Positions 8,941-18,912 of a stretch of 64,000 bases of DNA are shown here, in pieces (within the stretch, counting starts at the first letter, position 1; every line of letters begins with the position of its first letter). The stretch is from a virus (Duplodnaviria > Caudoviricetes), in the IMG/VR virus record IMGVR_UViG_3300025735_000003, positions 1 through 64,000 of that record; one strand, given 5' to 3'. The notes beneath the pieces were generated by a model. It saw nothing but the letters and a program-made list of their open reading frames with translations. It was not told the origin of the DNA and searched no databases. A program made the translations under genes and the position numbers.

Positions 8941-10496
8941 ATAATATTGTAAGTATTGAAGTAGAAATCAAACGAGAGCCTGAATATCCCGTATATTGCT
9001 TTGATATGTGGATGTTGTTTGATAATCAGAATGCTTATTTGGATTGGTCAGACAGTTTGGATAGGGTATGATTGAAATCCTTGGCTATGGGTTTGCTATT
9101 ATAATGTATTTCTTATTCTGTTACTTCATGATATTTAAAACGAGGTTGTGATGACAAGCCCTGAACGCTGCTCATGTGGAACTAGAGAGAAGAATAAGTG
9201 TAATAAAGAATCCACACCTATTGATGGTGTAAGGTATGGTAAAATGTGCGTAAAGGAAGTGAAAGAGGAGAGTAAGAAGGATGTTTGAATTAGATTACCA
9301 ACTACCACCAGAGTATAAAAGCTTAGAGTATCTGCACACAAAACTTGGTGATGTACAGGTTGTGGAGTGTGTTTGTATCATCTGGAATGCCATGCACAAA
9401 GGGAATACACTCCGTGTAAAGAGTGCAGATGATAAGACAGGAATTATTATGATAACTGGTGTTTGTGATGACACACGAGAGGTTATTAAGATTGGTAAGT
9501 GGCTAACTACGTTTGCTTTGGTGCAGATTAGGTATGAGAGGACTATTTTTAGTGTGGAGATTTGAATGGACCAAACAATTGAAGACAGAATGCAGGCTGT
9601 AGAGATTGAGTTGAAAGAGATTAGGAAAGAATTGGAGGGGAGTCTGGCGAGGTATAGTCCACATTACCCAGACGAGAACAGACTGATCAACGATCGTGAA
9701 TATTGCAGTCGGTGGATTAGAGGTGAGATTAAAGCAAGTTCTGAGTGGTTCATGAAGGAGATTTATAAATGAAAGCATATCAAGTGGTGTTGGTTGATGG
9801 TGATGGAGCTAGCTTTGAAGAGTTCGTAACTCCTAAAGTGTTTATGGATAAGGTAAAGGCTGAAGCTTACAAACAGTTCTTTATTGACGAGGATGCTGGT
9901 TGGTGGAAAGTGTATGTTAAGGAAGTGGAGTTGGTAGAATGAAACCAATAATCCTTAAAACACCAGAAGGGCTATATGTCTATGAAATCCCTATTGAGAA
10001 TGAACCAGAAGATGGGGCATCTGACGAGGTTTGGTGGAGATGGGGATAGCTACTACGTAGCGATAGCAGCTTGTGGGGTTGGTAGTAGTCCTGTAGAGGC
10101 TTATAATAATTGGGTGAAGGATTGGGAGGATAATGTGTGATGAAAGTTAGTACGTTGGCTTGCCTATGCTTTGGTGCATGGATCAGTTTAATGTGGACAA
10201 ACGGATAAGATAAAAGAGTTGTCTGCTAAAGTTCAAGTACTGGAATCAATTAATAAGGAGAAGATGTGATGAGTGATTTCAAAAGCTGGTGCGAAGTAGC
10301 TGAATATCTATTAGCTAACAAATGGAACTCTGTAGATGTAGATAGCACATGGTCATTCACAGAGGATAAGAGTTGGAGTAAGGTATATCCTCCTGAAGAT
10401 GCCAGTGACTATGAGCACTATAAGAATATTGGAGATGCGATAGAAGAGATGAAGTATTTCTGTGATGGTGACTTAGGGAGTGTTAGTAGAGAATGA
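8937..10496 (+). CDS. Cluster of small hypothetical proteins (incl. 9281-9565, 9566-9772, 9770-9942, 10266-10496; two look frameshifted)
   Basis: Packed ORFs with RBS; see findings. Confidence 0.6.
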
Positions 10497-10705
10497 ACCT
10501 TAAACCAGAAGACTTAGAAATCAGCACATACCCACCCTATAAAACTGGTGGACAACATGTTGGGCTTACTCACAGCGGTGTGCTGATTGCGCATATTCCT
10601 ACGGGGCTTGGTGTTGTGTCCGTTAGTGAGAGGAGTCAGTATAGGAATAAAGAGAGGGCTTTGACAATGTTGGAAATATTGGTTGAATTGGAGGAAGATG
10701 AATGA
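10493..10705 (+). CDS. Stand-alone peptide chain release factor GGQ domain (RF-1 domain, 70 aa)
   Basis: LKPEDLEISTY...GGQHV...SGVLIAHIPTGLGV.S.SERSQYRNKERALTML follows the RF1/RF2 domain-3 pattern (DLRIDT..GGQHVN..SAVRITHLPTG....QDERSQHKNK..A...L). Confidence 0.85.
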   Translation: MNLKPEDLEISTYPPYKTGGQHVGLTHSGVLIAHIPTGLGVVSVSERSQYRNKERALTMLEILVELEEDE

Positions 10706-10807
10706 GTTTTGTAATATTTACACTTGGTATTGTCGTGGTGTCTTACCCTTTCTTTGGGGCCATTGTTTATGGTGATCCGTGGACTTGGATCTTTAAGGAG
10801 AAGAAAG

Positions 10808-11008
10808 ATGTTTGAACCAAGAGCACCACTAACACAAGAAGAGATAAACCAACTGTTGTCCTCTGTACAACTAAGGTCAACACCAGAAGATCCTTGTGCT
10901 AAATATCCTGAATTGCTCAAGATGAAAGGCCGATACCGTGTTCAGTTTGGAGAGGACCAACTATACAGAGATTATAAACTTGTACAACAAAGGTTGAGAA
11001 ACGAATGA
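10808..11008 (+). CDS. Hypothetical protein
   Basis: RBS before ATG 10808; ATGA-coupled to the next gene. Confidence 0.6.
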   Translation: MFEPRAPLTQEEINQLLSSVQLRSTPEDPCAKYPELLKMKGRYRVQFGEDQLYRDYKLVQQRLRNE

Positions 11009-11556
11009 GTGTAAAGACATTAGAAACCAGACACGAAGGCTTAACAGTCTTCGATACTGAAACAGGAGAGCTTCTATACCACAAGAAACCTAAACCTGTG
11101 AAGATGGGAAGCTTTGATAAGTATGTAGGGATTGATACCAAATATCCACAAGACTGTGTAACCAAAGACAGCTTGCTTGAGTGTCTATCTGTTTTGGATG
11201 GGTACATCAATGATAAACCATACCTTACGTCTCACAATCTGCTAGATGCTTTGAATCAGAATCTACTTACTCCACAAGAGCTGAAGTTGATTACACATAT
11301 AGTTAATAACCTAACAGGTTGGAATATCTACATTGGCACAGTAAAGGACTTATGCACTTGTGGGATTACAGAAGCAAACATCTCTCGTTTGATTAAGGGA
11401 TTAGATCCTAATGTACTGAGAGTGAAGCACAGGAACAAGCCATTCAGAGGAGATATAGTCATTGAAGTCAGTCCTACATATGGTTGGAAAGGAGATATTA
11501 GATATCGAGAAATGAAGATTGGTAGTTGGTATGGAGCTAGTTTAACGCTTGATTAG
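11005..11556 (+). CDS. Winged-helix protein resembling the RepL-type replication protein family
   Basis: FDTETGEL N-terminal motif; ELKLITHIVNN...KDL..CGITEANISRLIKGL HTH; V(S)PTYGWKG. Confidence 0.5.
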   Translation: MSVKTLETRHEGLTVFDTETGELLYHKKPKPVKMGSFDKYVGIDTKYPQDCVTKDSLLECLSVLDGYINDKPYLTSHNLLDALNQNLLTPQELKLITHIVNNLTGWNIYIGTVKDLCTCGITEANISRLIKGLDPNVLRVKHRNKPFRGDIVIEVSPTYGWKGDIRYREMKIGSWYGASLTLD

Positions 11557-11671
11557 AATGAGTTGACAAACGAACTCATCATTGGTGATGAATTGATGTA
11601 CCTGTAAGTCCCTATTTCTGGGGCTGTTTGCATCTACCCTACTTATTAATATACATGTGAGAGAAATATCT

Positions 11672-11893
11672 ATGGGATTATTTAATGTAAATCTGGAAGA
11701 GACCTACTGTGAAGGGTTTAATCAGGACAGCACTGAACAACCTTGAGCTGTATGAACCTTACTGTAGTAAAGGACCAAGAGAAGGCGAGTTCAAGGATTC
11801 GATAGGGCAAACACCACCGATTATCTGGTTAAGGATTTTGCAATGAAGTATCTAAGAGATGCATTGGAAATATTGGAACGTGAAGGAGAGTAA
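11672..11893 (+). pseudogene. Probable ~73-aa gene broken by two compensating single-base indels
   Basis: RBS+ATG 11672; protein-like segments in two frames joined at an A-run (~11690) and a G-run (~11806); ends TAA 11893 before terminator. Confidence 0.35.
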
Positions 11894-11931
11894 GTTCTTG
11901 GAAGTTTAACCTTCACAACCCCCTGTAAATT

Positions 11932-11966
11932 AGGAGTCAGCTTGTGTTAGTGACTCCTTTTCTTTT
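11932..11966 (+). terminator. Intrinsic terminator ending the left + operon
   Basis: AGGAGTCA...TGACTCCT followed by TTTCTTTT. Confidence 0.75.
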
Positions 11967-12700
11967 GTCTGGAAAATATAGCAAAGCCTTTGTTTATAAG
12001 GGTCTAGTTCAAAATTCCTTGGATATCTATCTGAAGGGCTTAACGCTCTTGGCCGGCACCTGTCAAATAGCATGCCAAATAATAAAATATTAGAGAATTC
12101 TATCAGATAACTCTTCCCAATACACCTTACCTATACTCTATTAGCAGTTCTAACCTGATAGTAACAATCAACTAACAGCAAGCTCTGTGCCAAGTCACTC
12201 ATCGATAGTTATTACTCATCACTAGGCGTTACCATAATTCACATTGCGTATAATCTGCCTTCCGTAACATGTTACCTCATACACACTGACTATCAATCAC
12301 CTGTCGTGTACCTCTGATCACTCATACCGACCACTGTATGTCAACCATAGTAATACGTACTGACGTACCCCTACACAACTAGCACACTTCACTAGCTTAA
12401 GTCAATGTATTATGTTACTGAGCAGCATAAGATGTGTAGTACTGATTAGTTATACAGTACTGTACGTGGATACAGATGCAAACTTGGGGATCTTTGCTAC
12501 CGTGCTTGACAAATGAGGACTTATTATCACATGAATAAGTGATTAAAAACTACACTAGGCAGTGTATCTTAAGGGGCTTGCAGACTATGATTAACATAGC
12601 TTACACTTGATTGGTAGGCATTTAGAAGGTAGTTGTAATCACAAAGGTATGGATAAGACTAAGCCGTGCATTGCACGGCTATAATTTTCCTGCTTATTAT
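11967..12700. other. Non-coding convergence region; candidate terminal repeat, packaging end or origin
   Basis: No credible ORF; G-poor + strand; 12-bp palindromes; GTAC cluster. Confidence 0.5.
12662..12680. terminator. Hairpin at end of the minus-strand early unit
   Basis: AGCCGTGCA-T-TGCACGGCT, 20 bp after the HNH stop. Confidence 0.55.
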
Positions 12701-13309
12701 TTAAGAGTGGTAATTCTCATACTTATCAATCAAAGCTTTAGCTACACGCTCATCTGTCTGCTCAGCCGCTAGGATGTAGGCTTGTTCTAGTTTAAATGTA
12801 AGCCATGCTTGATGAGCTTCTTCTGGTGTATCATAACAGCCAAGATTCTTATTTTCACCGGTGATTACATCCCTACACCTAGCAAACAGCCTTTTAGCCA
12901 ATTTGTGATAAGTTACTCCAATGGGCCAATCTCCTCGCGTAGTGTCACGAATAAATGTGTTCACTTTTGGTGTAATAAAAACACAGGTGTTTGGACCATA
13001 GACCTTGTTATTGGGTACTAGCAGATCCTTATCTATCTGCTTTCCTTCCCAATCTTGCTGTTCCATCCAAGATTTAAACTTGCTGAAGGTTAGCCACTCA
13101 TGTGCTACTGAACAACCTACGTAAGATGGAGATTTTTCTTGTACCTTTTCTGAGTAGCACCGTGAAAGCATATCCCGCCAACGAGCATAGAAAGGGCAGA
13201 CTATCAGTACTTTCTTACCATCTTCAAGTGTAACATGTTTACCGACATTATAGTCGGCATCATTTATACCAACACCTATCACTAGTTTCTCTCTATAATT
13301 CAATTTCAT
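12701..13309 (-). CDS. HNH-type homing endonuclease (family B)
   Basis: VIGVGINDADY, CPFY..W..ML.RCYS, WL.FS.FK.WM, IDKDLL..NKVY.P.TC.F; paralogue of 22636 and 49123. Confidence 0.8.
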   Translation of the reverse strand: MKLNYREKLVIGVGINDADYNVGKHVTLEDGKKVLIVCPFYARWRDMLSRCYSEKVQEKSPSYVGCSVAHEWLTFSKFKSWMEQQDWEGKQIDKDLLVPNNKVYGPNTCVFITPKVNTFIRDTTRGDWPIGVTYHKLAKRLFARCRDVITGENKNLGCYDTPEEAHQAWLTFKLEQAYILAAEQTDERVAKALIDKYENYHS

Positions 13310-13332
13310 TTACTTCTCCTTCAATAGATAAA

Positions 13333-13350
13333 ACTCACAGTCAAGTGAGT
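13333..13350 (-). terminator. Hairpin with TTGACT loop just upstream of the HNH RBS
   Basis: Minus strand ACTCAC-TTGACT-GTGAGT-TTT. Confidence 0.5.
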
Positions 13351-13988
13351 AAGTTTTGTTGCTCTGTTTTACGTCATTTAAAACTGTTTCAAGATAGACC
13401 GCACACTAGACACATCATCAATAAGAGAATGTAGCTTCTCAACAGCCTCCCACTCAGAGTAAGCGCAAACAAGAATCCACAAGTGGCCTTTGCAGTAGTT
13501 GGTATCGTAGTTCATGATATACATTTTGTTTTACTCTGCTAGGTTTGTATGGTTAGATTATATATTTGTTTTAAAGACAGAGAAACAATTATTTTCACTC
13601 AACAACACAATTAATTTCCCAATCCACAGCTTCCCCATCCATATGCTCTTCTTTGAAGTTATTCATGTATTCCCGATACGCTTCTTCTACTGGCTTAGAC
13701 ATCAAGAATTTACGTTCTTCTTGAAGACGTTCAATGCAGTCTGAGCGTGTGAGGTTATGGTCTACAATATATTCTTCACAAGTGAGCACTGAGCAGAAGG
13801 CAATCGAAAGGAGCATAGACATGATATTACTTCCAGTATTGAACAGTGAAAGAGTCAGCATTATTCTTAGTGAAGTAGGCTTTGTAGCCTTCACCTTTCA
13901 ACTCGGCTACCAATTCGATTGCTTGAGCTTCTGTGTAGCGTTCGATGTAGCTCATGATGTTTACTCTCCTGTTTGTTTGGTATGGCTT

Positions 13989-14017
13989 ATTATGGGGCTA
14001 CCCACCACACCAGTCAA
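13989..14017 (-). promoter_or_regulatory. sigma70 promoter
   Basis: TTGACT, 17 bp, CATAAT. Confidence 0.75.
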
Positions 14018-14057
14018 CAAGTATTTTAAGATTTATTCATTTAAAGATTCTATTGAT

Positions 14058-14384
14058 TCAGTCTCCTTGATTCATATCATCATAAGCTGTGTAAGCTTGT
14101 CTCTTGCTCCAAACATCGTCAGCAGTGTGCTCAGACAAGGTGTTTTCAATTGTCTCCCATATACTAAACCCTTGATTCAACCAATAGAGTTTATTAGTCT
14201 TTCTATCAAGCTTATAGCTTCCAAGATCAGGACAGAACGCATATGGTGATCGTTGTACAAACCAGACTGTATTGTCTTCTATGTAAACACATTCAATAAC
14301 AATTGATTCATAGTAGTCGGCTTGAAGTTTGTATTTGGTGCCCTCTGTGTAGGTCATTTCAAACCTCTTTATCAAACCAACCAA
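14058..14384 (-). CDS. Hypothetical protein
   Basis: ORF in early cluster. Confidence 0.6.
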   Translation of the reverse strand: MVGLIKRFEMTYTEGTKYKLQADYYESIVIECVYIEDNTVWFVQRSPYAFCPDLGSYKLDRKTNKLYWLNQGFSIWETIENTLSEHTADDVWSKRQAYTAYDDMNQGD

Positions 14385-15517
14385 GACTAATAGCCATTTG
14401 TAGAGACTTTATCAGGTTCTCTGCATCCTCTTTACTACAGATTGCTATACAGATATCCTCTAGGTGGTCGTCAATCCATACAGGGTTCTCTTTGTTGTTC
14501 CTTGTGTGCAAGATCTTGGTTGCATCTCCTTGCCCTTTGTTATCAGCAAAGATAATCTCTGTTGGGCTTACCACTACAGTTCTAATGTCAATTTCCATCA
14601 CTCTTGCCCCCAATTCCGCTTAAGATTTCTCTCAGTGCTGTAGCCTCGTTTCTTGTCTTTACCACCTGTGTCATACTGGTCTGCACACTTGCGCTTAGAA
14701 GATTTGCGTTCATATTTCTGGAATGATTCTTGTGTGTAGTTGTTCATGCTTCTGATTCCTTAATACGTTTATCAATCTCGTTATCAATCTTCACCGACTC
14801 AAATTCACTTGGTTCAGACCAGTCAGGGTGATCTTCTGGCAAGTCTTCAACAGAAAGCCTGTCCCTAAGCCACAAATAACGGATTGCATGTAAAGCAACG
14901 TCAGAGTACATATCCTCTACATCATCAAAAGTAACTCCCAACTCAAGCAAAATCGCATCACGTTTTGCAATCTCAAGCTTAAGGCTTTCTACTTCATTGT
15001 TCATTTCAACATCTCCAATTCAATCATCTGTTTTGTACTATACATTAACAATCACATTCCACAAGCCTAGCTCACGAAACACTTTGAAGCTTGTGTGACC
15101 TTGTGCTACTAGGTCTTCTACGGTGATCAAGGCTGCGCTTAGGGTGATGTGTTGAGTATTCATAGGTCATCATCCAATAGGTTATAAGTATCAACCAACT
15201 CTGTGTATTCTAGACGCATAAGGCAGTCATCGACATTACAGAGATAGCCGTCTACATGAGAGCATCCAAAGTCTTTATACAAGATACAACACTTAACCGG
15301 ATCATCCATTACACTACTCTCCACTTAAAGAGTAAACTGCAATTGATACAAAGCTGAACCGTCTTCTGCATAACCTAACAGTATAGGCTCCTTAGCATCT
15401 GCAATTCGTTCTCTCCACTTAGCTTCTTCAATATCTCTATACCACTTATCTTTGTGCTGTGGAAAGAACGCTAAATCAATTAGTTCTTCTTCCGTCACAA
15501 CAATTACATTACCCATC

Positions 15518-16138
15518 TCACACCTCTTTCAACGTTTGGTAGTAGGCTTTTGCCCTTTGACTAAATTGTACAAGCTTTATGGTGATAGTGCAAGCGATCT
15601 GTAAAATCTTTTTAAAACTATTTGTGCGGGGAAGATCATCTATCCAGCTCACTCCACAAGGTGTGGCTACCTCTGTGTGGGTGTAGTCTACATCAGGGTT
15701 TGAGTAGGGTAAAACTGCCTCAACTTCCTCATATTCTACCTCTGTTTTCATAGGCTTCGCAGAGATTGCTTTCTTATACAAAACTTCTGCACGTTGAAGC
15801 TTAGCGAAAGCTACATCCCTATAGACGCTGTACTCTTCCAAGCTAAACTCACCAGCACGATAGGCTGTCTCAAGCTCAAGGATTTCTGAGCGGAGTTTTT
15901 CTAGTCTGACGGCTTGAGGGAGAATCCTTTGTTTGAGTGGTACTTTAGTTGGAGTCTTACCCATACGAGCAGCAATAGCAGAGTCGCTAAAGGCATTTAC
16001 GTTTGCTTTACCGTAGATGTCGTACAAGGGTATGGCTTCAACAGATCGAACATTACGTGAACCGCACTGATTTCCATCGTAGTCAGGCTCATTTTCGTGG
16101 GAGCCTACCCAAGTTTGTAAAGCGAAATAACGACTCAT
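15518..16138 (-). CDS. Hypothetical protein, first gene after a strong promoter
   Basis: 206-aa ORF, AGGTAGG RBS. Confidence 0.8.
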   Translation of the reverse strand: MSRYFALQTWVGSHENEPDYDGNQCGSRNVRSVEAIPLYDIYGKANVNAFSDSAIAARMGKTPTKVPLKQRILPQAVRLEKLRSEILELETAYRAGEFSLEEYSVYRDVAFAKLQRAEVLYKKAISAKPMKTEVEYEEVEAVLPYSNPDVDYTHTEVATPCGVSWIDDLPRTNSFKKILQIACTITIKLVQFSQRAKAYYQTLKEV

Positions 16139-16177
16139 TGAATACCTACCTTTAAGCTTTTCTGTTTTGATGTCCTC

Positions 16178-16215
16178 ATATTACAGACAAACAAAAAGAG
16201 CGTCAAGCGCTCTTT
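16178..16215 (-). promoter_or_regulatory. Terminator/promoter hybrid
   Basis: AAAGAGCG-CTTGA-CGCTCTTT-TT; TTGACG, 17 bp, TAATAT. Confidence 0.8.
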
Positions 16216-16683
16216 AGAATTATTTCTTAATAAAATAAGCTTTCTCGCCTCTGGGGTATTTCCATCCCGGATAGGTATAGCCCCACACATTCCTGCTCTT
16301 ATCACACCAGACACTATAATTCTCACTCTCTGACACACTTGGCATGATGTCTCTTTTGTCAGCATAGAGAGCCTCAAAGAATTGCTCCCTAGTTACCTCT
16401 TTCATGTCGTTAGGCGTTACGATAGCCATTTGCAGCCTCCTCGATGTCTTCAACTTCCATCACAACTTGTCCCATTGCAGCTTCTTCGCTGATGTCACGA
16501 GCATAACGTTTGTAAGTGCTCATCATATCTTCGACTGCAAATTTGGCAGCGATCATTGCACCACGTTCATCACCGTTCATGTGGTGTTTGTAGCAAACCA
16601 GTCGAGCTTCGTAAAGGCGTTTGAAGAGTTCTGGTAGGTTGTTCATGTCATCACCTGTTGAGTTGTTTTGCTTCAGTCAGGTC

Positions 16684-16712
16684 ATTATGCAACAGGTAGG
16701 ACGTGTGTGCAA
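16684..16712 (-). promoter_or_regulatory. sigma70 promoter
   Basis: TTGCAC, 17 bp, CATAAT. Confidence 0.65.
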
Positions 16713-16715
16713 GCT

Positions 16716-16892
16716 TTATTTGCCACTTTTCCGGGCAATCTCACGTAAAAGCTGAAGCTCTTCCTCACGCATACGCTGATCAGCTTTCTTCCTCTGATTG
16801 CCTGCACTCACAGCACAGATTATCCACAGAAGTGCAAACGGTGGAAAAAGGATTGTAAGGATTAGGAAAACCACATGACTTAGACCGCTCAC
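16716..16892 (-). CDS. Small membrane protein (58 aa, not in ORF track)
   Basis: GTG start; MSGLSHVVFLILTILFPPFALLWIICAVSAG then a charged helix. Confidence 0.65.
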   Translation of the reverse strand: MSGLSHVVFLILTILFPPFALLWIICAVSAGNQRKKADQRMREEELQLLREIARKSGK

Positions 16893-17509
16893 GATGCATC
16901 CTCCAACTCATACTTAAAATAAACAGTCCAAGCTTCTGGCCCACTAGCCCGGAACATATGAACACCCGTCTCAGTCTTCTGAGAAATCTCACCATGAGCG
17001 TTCATACTGAAGTCGTATTCCCGACTAGCTTTGAACGCTACCCTTGCATCTTTATTCATCACAACATCACGTATGCATTTAAGTTTCATCATATCACCTC
17101 AATCATTTCAATTATATACCAATTCTGTAGCCACTTGCCCATACCATCATCAAAAAGTATAGTGGCTGTTTCATTGCCCTCGCCTACATTGTTAAATGTA
17201 ATCTCCTTAACCTCACAAGCTGATTTGAACTTGCTACCACCTACATGAACAAATACTTTGTCACCGGGTTGGAGTTGGCCTATGAGCTTTTTGATGATCA
17301 CACCCCAAACCGGTTAGTCAACATGCGATCACGAGTGGCATTGCTTGCCGAAGCACCGTAGTGAGTCTTGGAAGACAGGGCTGCATAAGCGGCTACAGCT
17401 TGTTCGTTAGAAAGGATGCCAGCTTTGAGGGCTGCTTCTACACGGGCTTTGAGTTGGGACATGTTCATGGCTGTTGCTCCTGTTCGTTTGTTTTGCTTCG
17501 TTAAGGGTA

Positions 17510-17538
17510 AGTTTATAGCTGATCCCACACCTTGTCAA
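17510..17538 (-). promoter_or_regulatory. sigma70 promoter embedded in the 3' end of the HNH gene
   Basis: TTGACA, 17 bp, TAAACT; leader and AGGAG RBS lead to ATG at ~17468. Confidence 0.65.
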
Positions 17539-18028
17539 CCCAATGTCCATTTTCTTTTTCAGCCGTCATTCGGGCAAAGATTGCGTCTTCCTTGTGTGTG
17601 AATTTCCCAAGCCCCACCACCCTACCATCTAAATAGATATAAGCTTGCCACTTAGATTCATTCTTGTTCCAAGACACTCCCGCATAGCCGGACGTGTTGT
17701 TCTTGTGAATAGACCGATTTCTCCCGTTAACCTCCTTAGTCACATCTCGGAGGTTGTCCCATTTATTGTTATCTCTAATTGTGTCTTTGTGGTCAACGTT
17801 GCCTACTGGAAAAGATCCAGTCATGTAAAGAAAAGCAAGCCTGTGGGCCATATACGTTTTATTATCAAGGCCAATACTAATGTACCCACCCGAGTTCTTG
17901 GCTGTAACTACGCTCCCTACCTTACCCGTGCCGCGACCTTTGAGACGTGTAAATAGTCCGGTTTCAGGGTCATAGTGATAGCGATTCTTTAGCTTAATGC
18001 TCAATTGCAACAACTCATCTTCAGTCAT
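17513..18028 (-). CDS. HNH_3-type homing endonuclease with AP2-like domain
   Basis: YDPETGLF, YMAHRLAFLY, VDHKD..R.NN.WDNLR, NTSGYAGV.W. Confidence 0.88.
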   Translation of the reverse strand: MTEDELLQLSIKLKNRYHYDPETGLFTRLKGRGTGKVGSVVTAKNSGGYISIGLDNKTYMAHRLAFLYMTGSFPVGNVDHKDTIRDNNKWDNLRDVTKEVNGRNRSIHKNNTSGYAGVSWNKNESKWQAYIYLDGRVVGLGKFTHKEDAIFARMTAEKENGHWVDKVWDQL

Positions 18029-18049
18029 TTATTTTCTCCACACAGTACA

Positions 18050-18069
18050 AGCCCCTCACTTGAGGGGCT
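18050..18069. terminator. Hairpin immediately upstream of the HNH gene
   Basis: AGCCCCTCA-CT-TGAGGGGCT. Confidence 0.6.
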
Positions 18070-18883
18070 ATTAGTTTTGGCTAACAACAGCCGTTGATTA
18101 CTCTTTTGGCGAAAGCCATTTATTACAACTCTCAGCTATCAATAAAAGCAATCCACGACTCTCCATGATATTGCTCGTTTGTTTACTGGCGAACTCATGA
18201 ATGCTTTCCACCAGTTCTACAGCCTCTTCTAACCTTGCTTTCATTTGAGCTATCTGTTCTTCCTCTAACTCATAAATCTGCTCAAGGAGCTTTAATCGTT
18301 CCGCTGTGTCGTCTGTGTTTGGAAGACTTGGCGCCTCTTGCTCCGGACCGGCAACAATAAACTCATCATAGACAAGAGCTTTACCCATCGGAACTAGAGC
18401 AGTAACTTCGTATTCTGGATCGGACACCGCCCAATCTGCTAACTCACGGAGGAACAACTCACGTCCATCTCTGCTGATCAAGTAGCCTTTAATAGTAGTC
18501 ATTTGCTTGCACCTTTTATTAAGTTGGATTAACTCATTGTGTAAGTGCAAGCTCTAGTTATCGCGCCTAATTGATTTAAACGCATCGGCAAGGTATCGTT
18601 TGGTGCGGATTTTGCCATCTTTCAGGCGGAAGACTCTGTAACCCGAACCATCATCAAGCTTTGTGATTGTACCCAAAAACATATCGTTTTCGTTGAAAAT
18701 TCTGCGGACCTTGCTGCCATTGATTGGGCTGAAGGAACCTTTTGCTGTAGTGGATGCGGTCATGTTAATCACCTTAAGATTTAAGAAAGAACACAAAGGA
18801 TTGTTCCCGTGTGCTTGTCTCCGTGCTCTTCAAGATGGCTACTGCTTGTTTGCCTTCTTCTACATCTCCTTTCCATGTTTGTA

Positions 18884-18912
18884 ATTGTAAGAGATGGCTT
18901 ACGTCCTGTCAA
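18884..18912 (-). promoter_or_regulatory. sigma70 promoter
   Basis: TTGACA, 17 bp, TACAAT. Confidence 0.8.

Noticed and set aside
12514-12545. TTGACA promoter in the terminal region
   Set aside because: No acceptable -10 at 16-18 bp spacing and no downstream gene
11560-12700. tRNA or ncRNA genes in the long intergenic region
   Set aside because: No cloverleaf, T-loop GTTCRA in the right context, or CCA end found by eye; a tRNAscan/Infernal run would be decisive
13734-14249. 171-aa plus-strand ORF in the early region
   Set aside because: Overlaps RBS-led minus-strand genes and a minus-strand promoter
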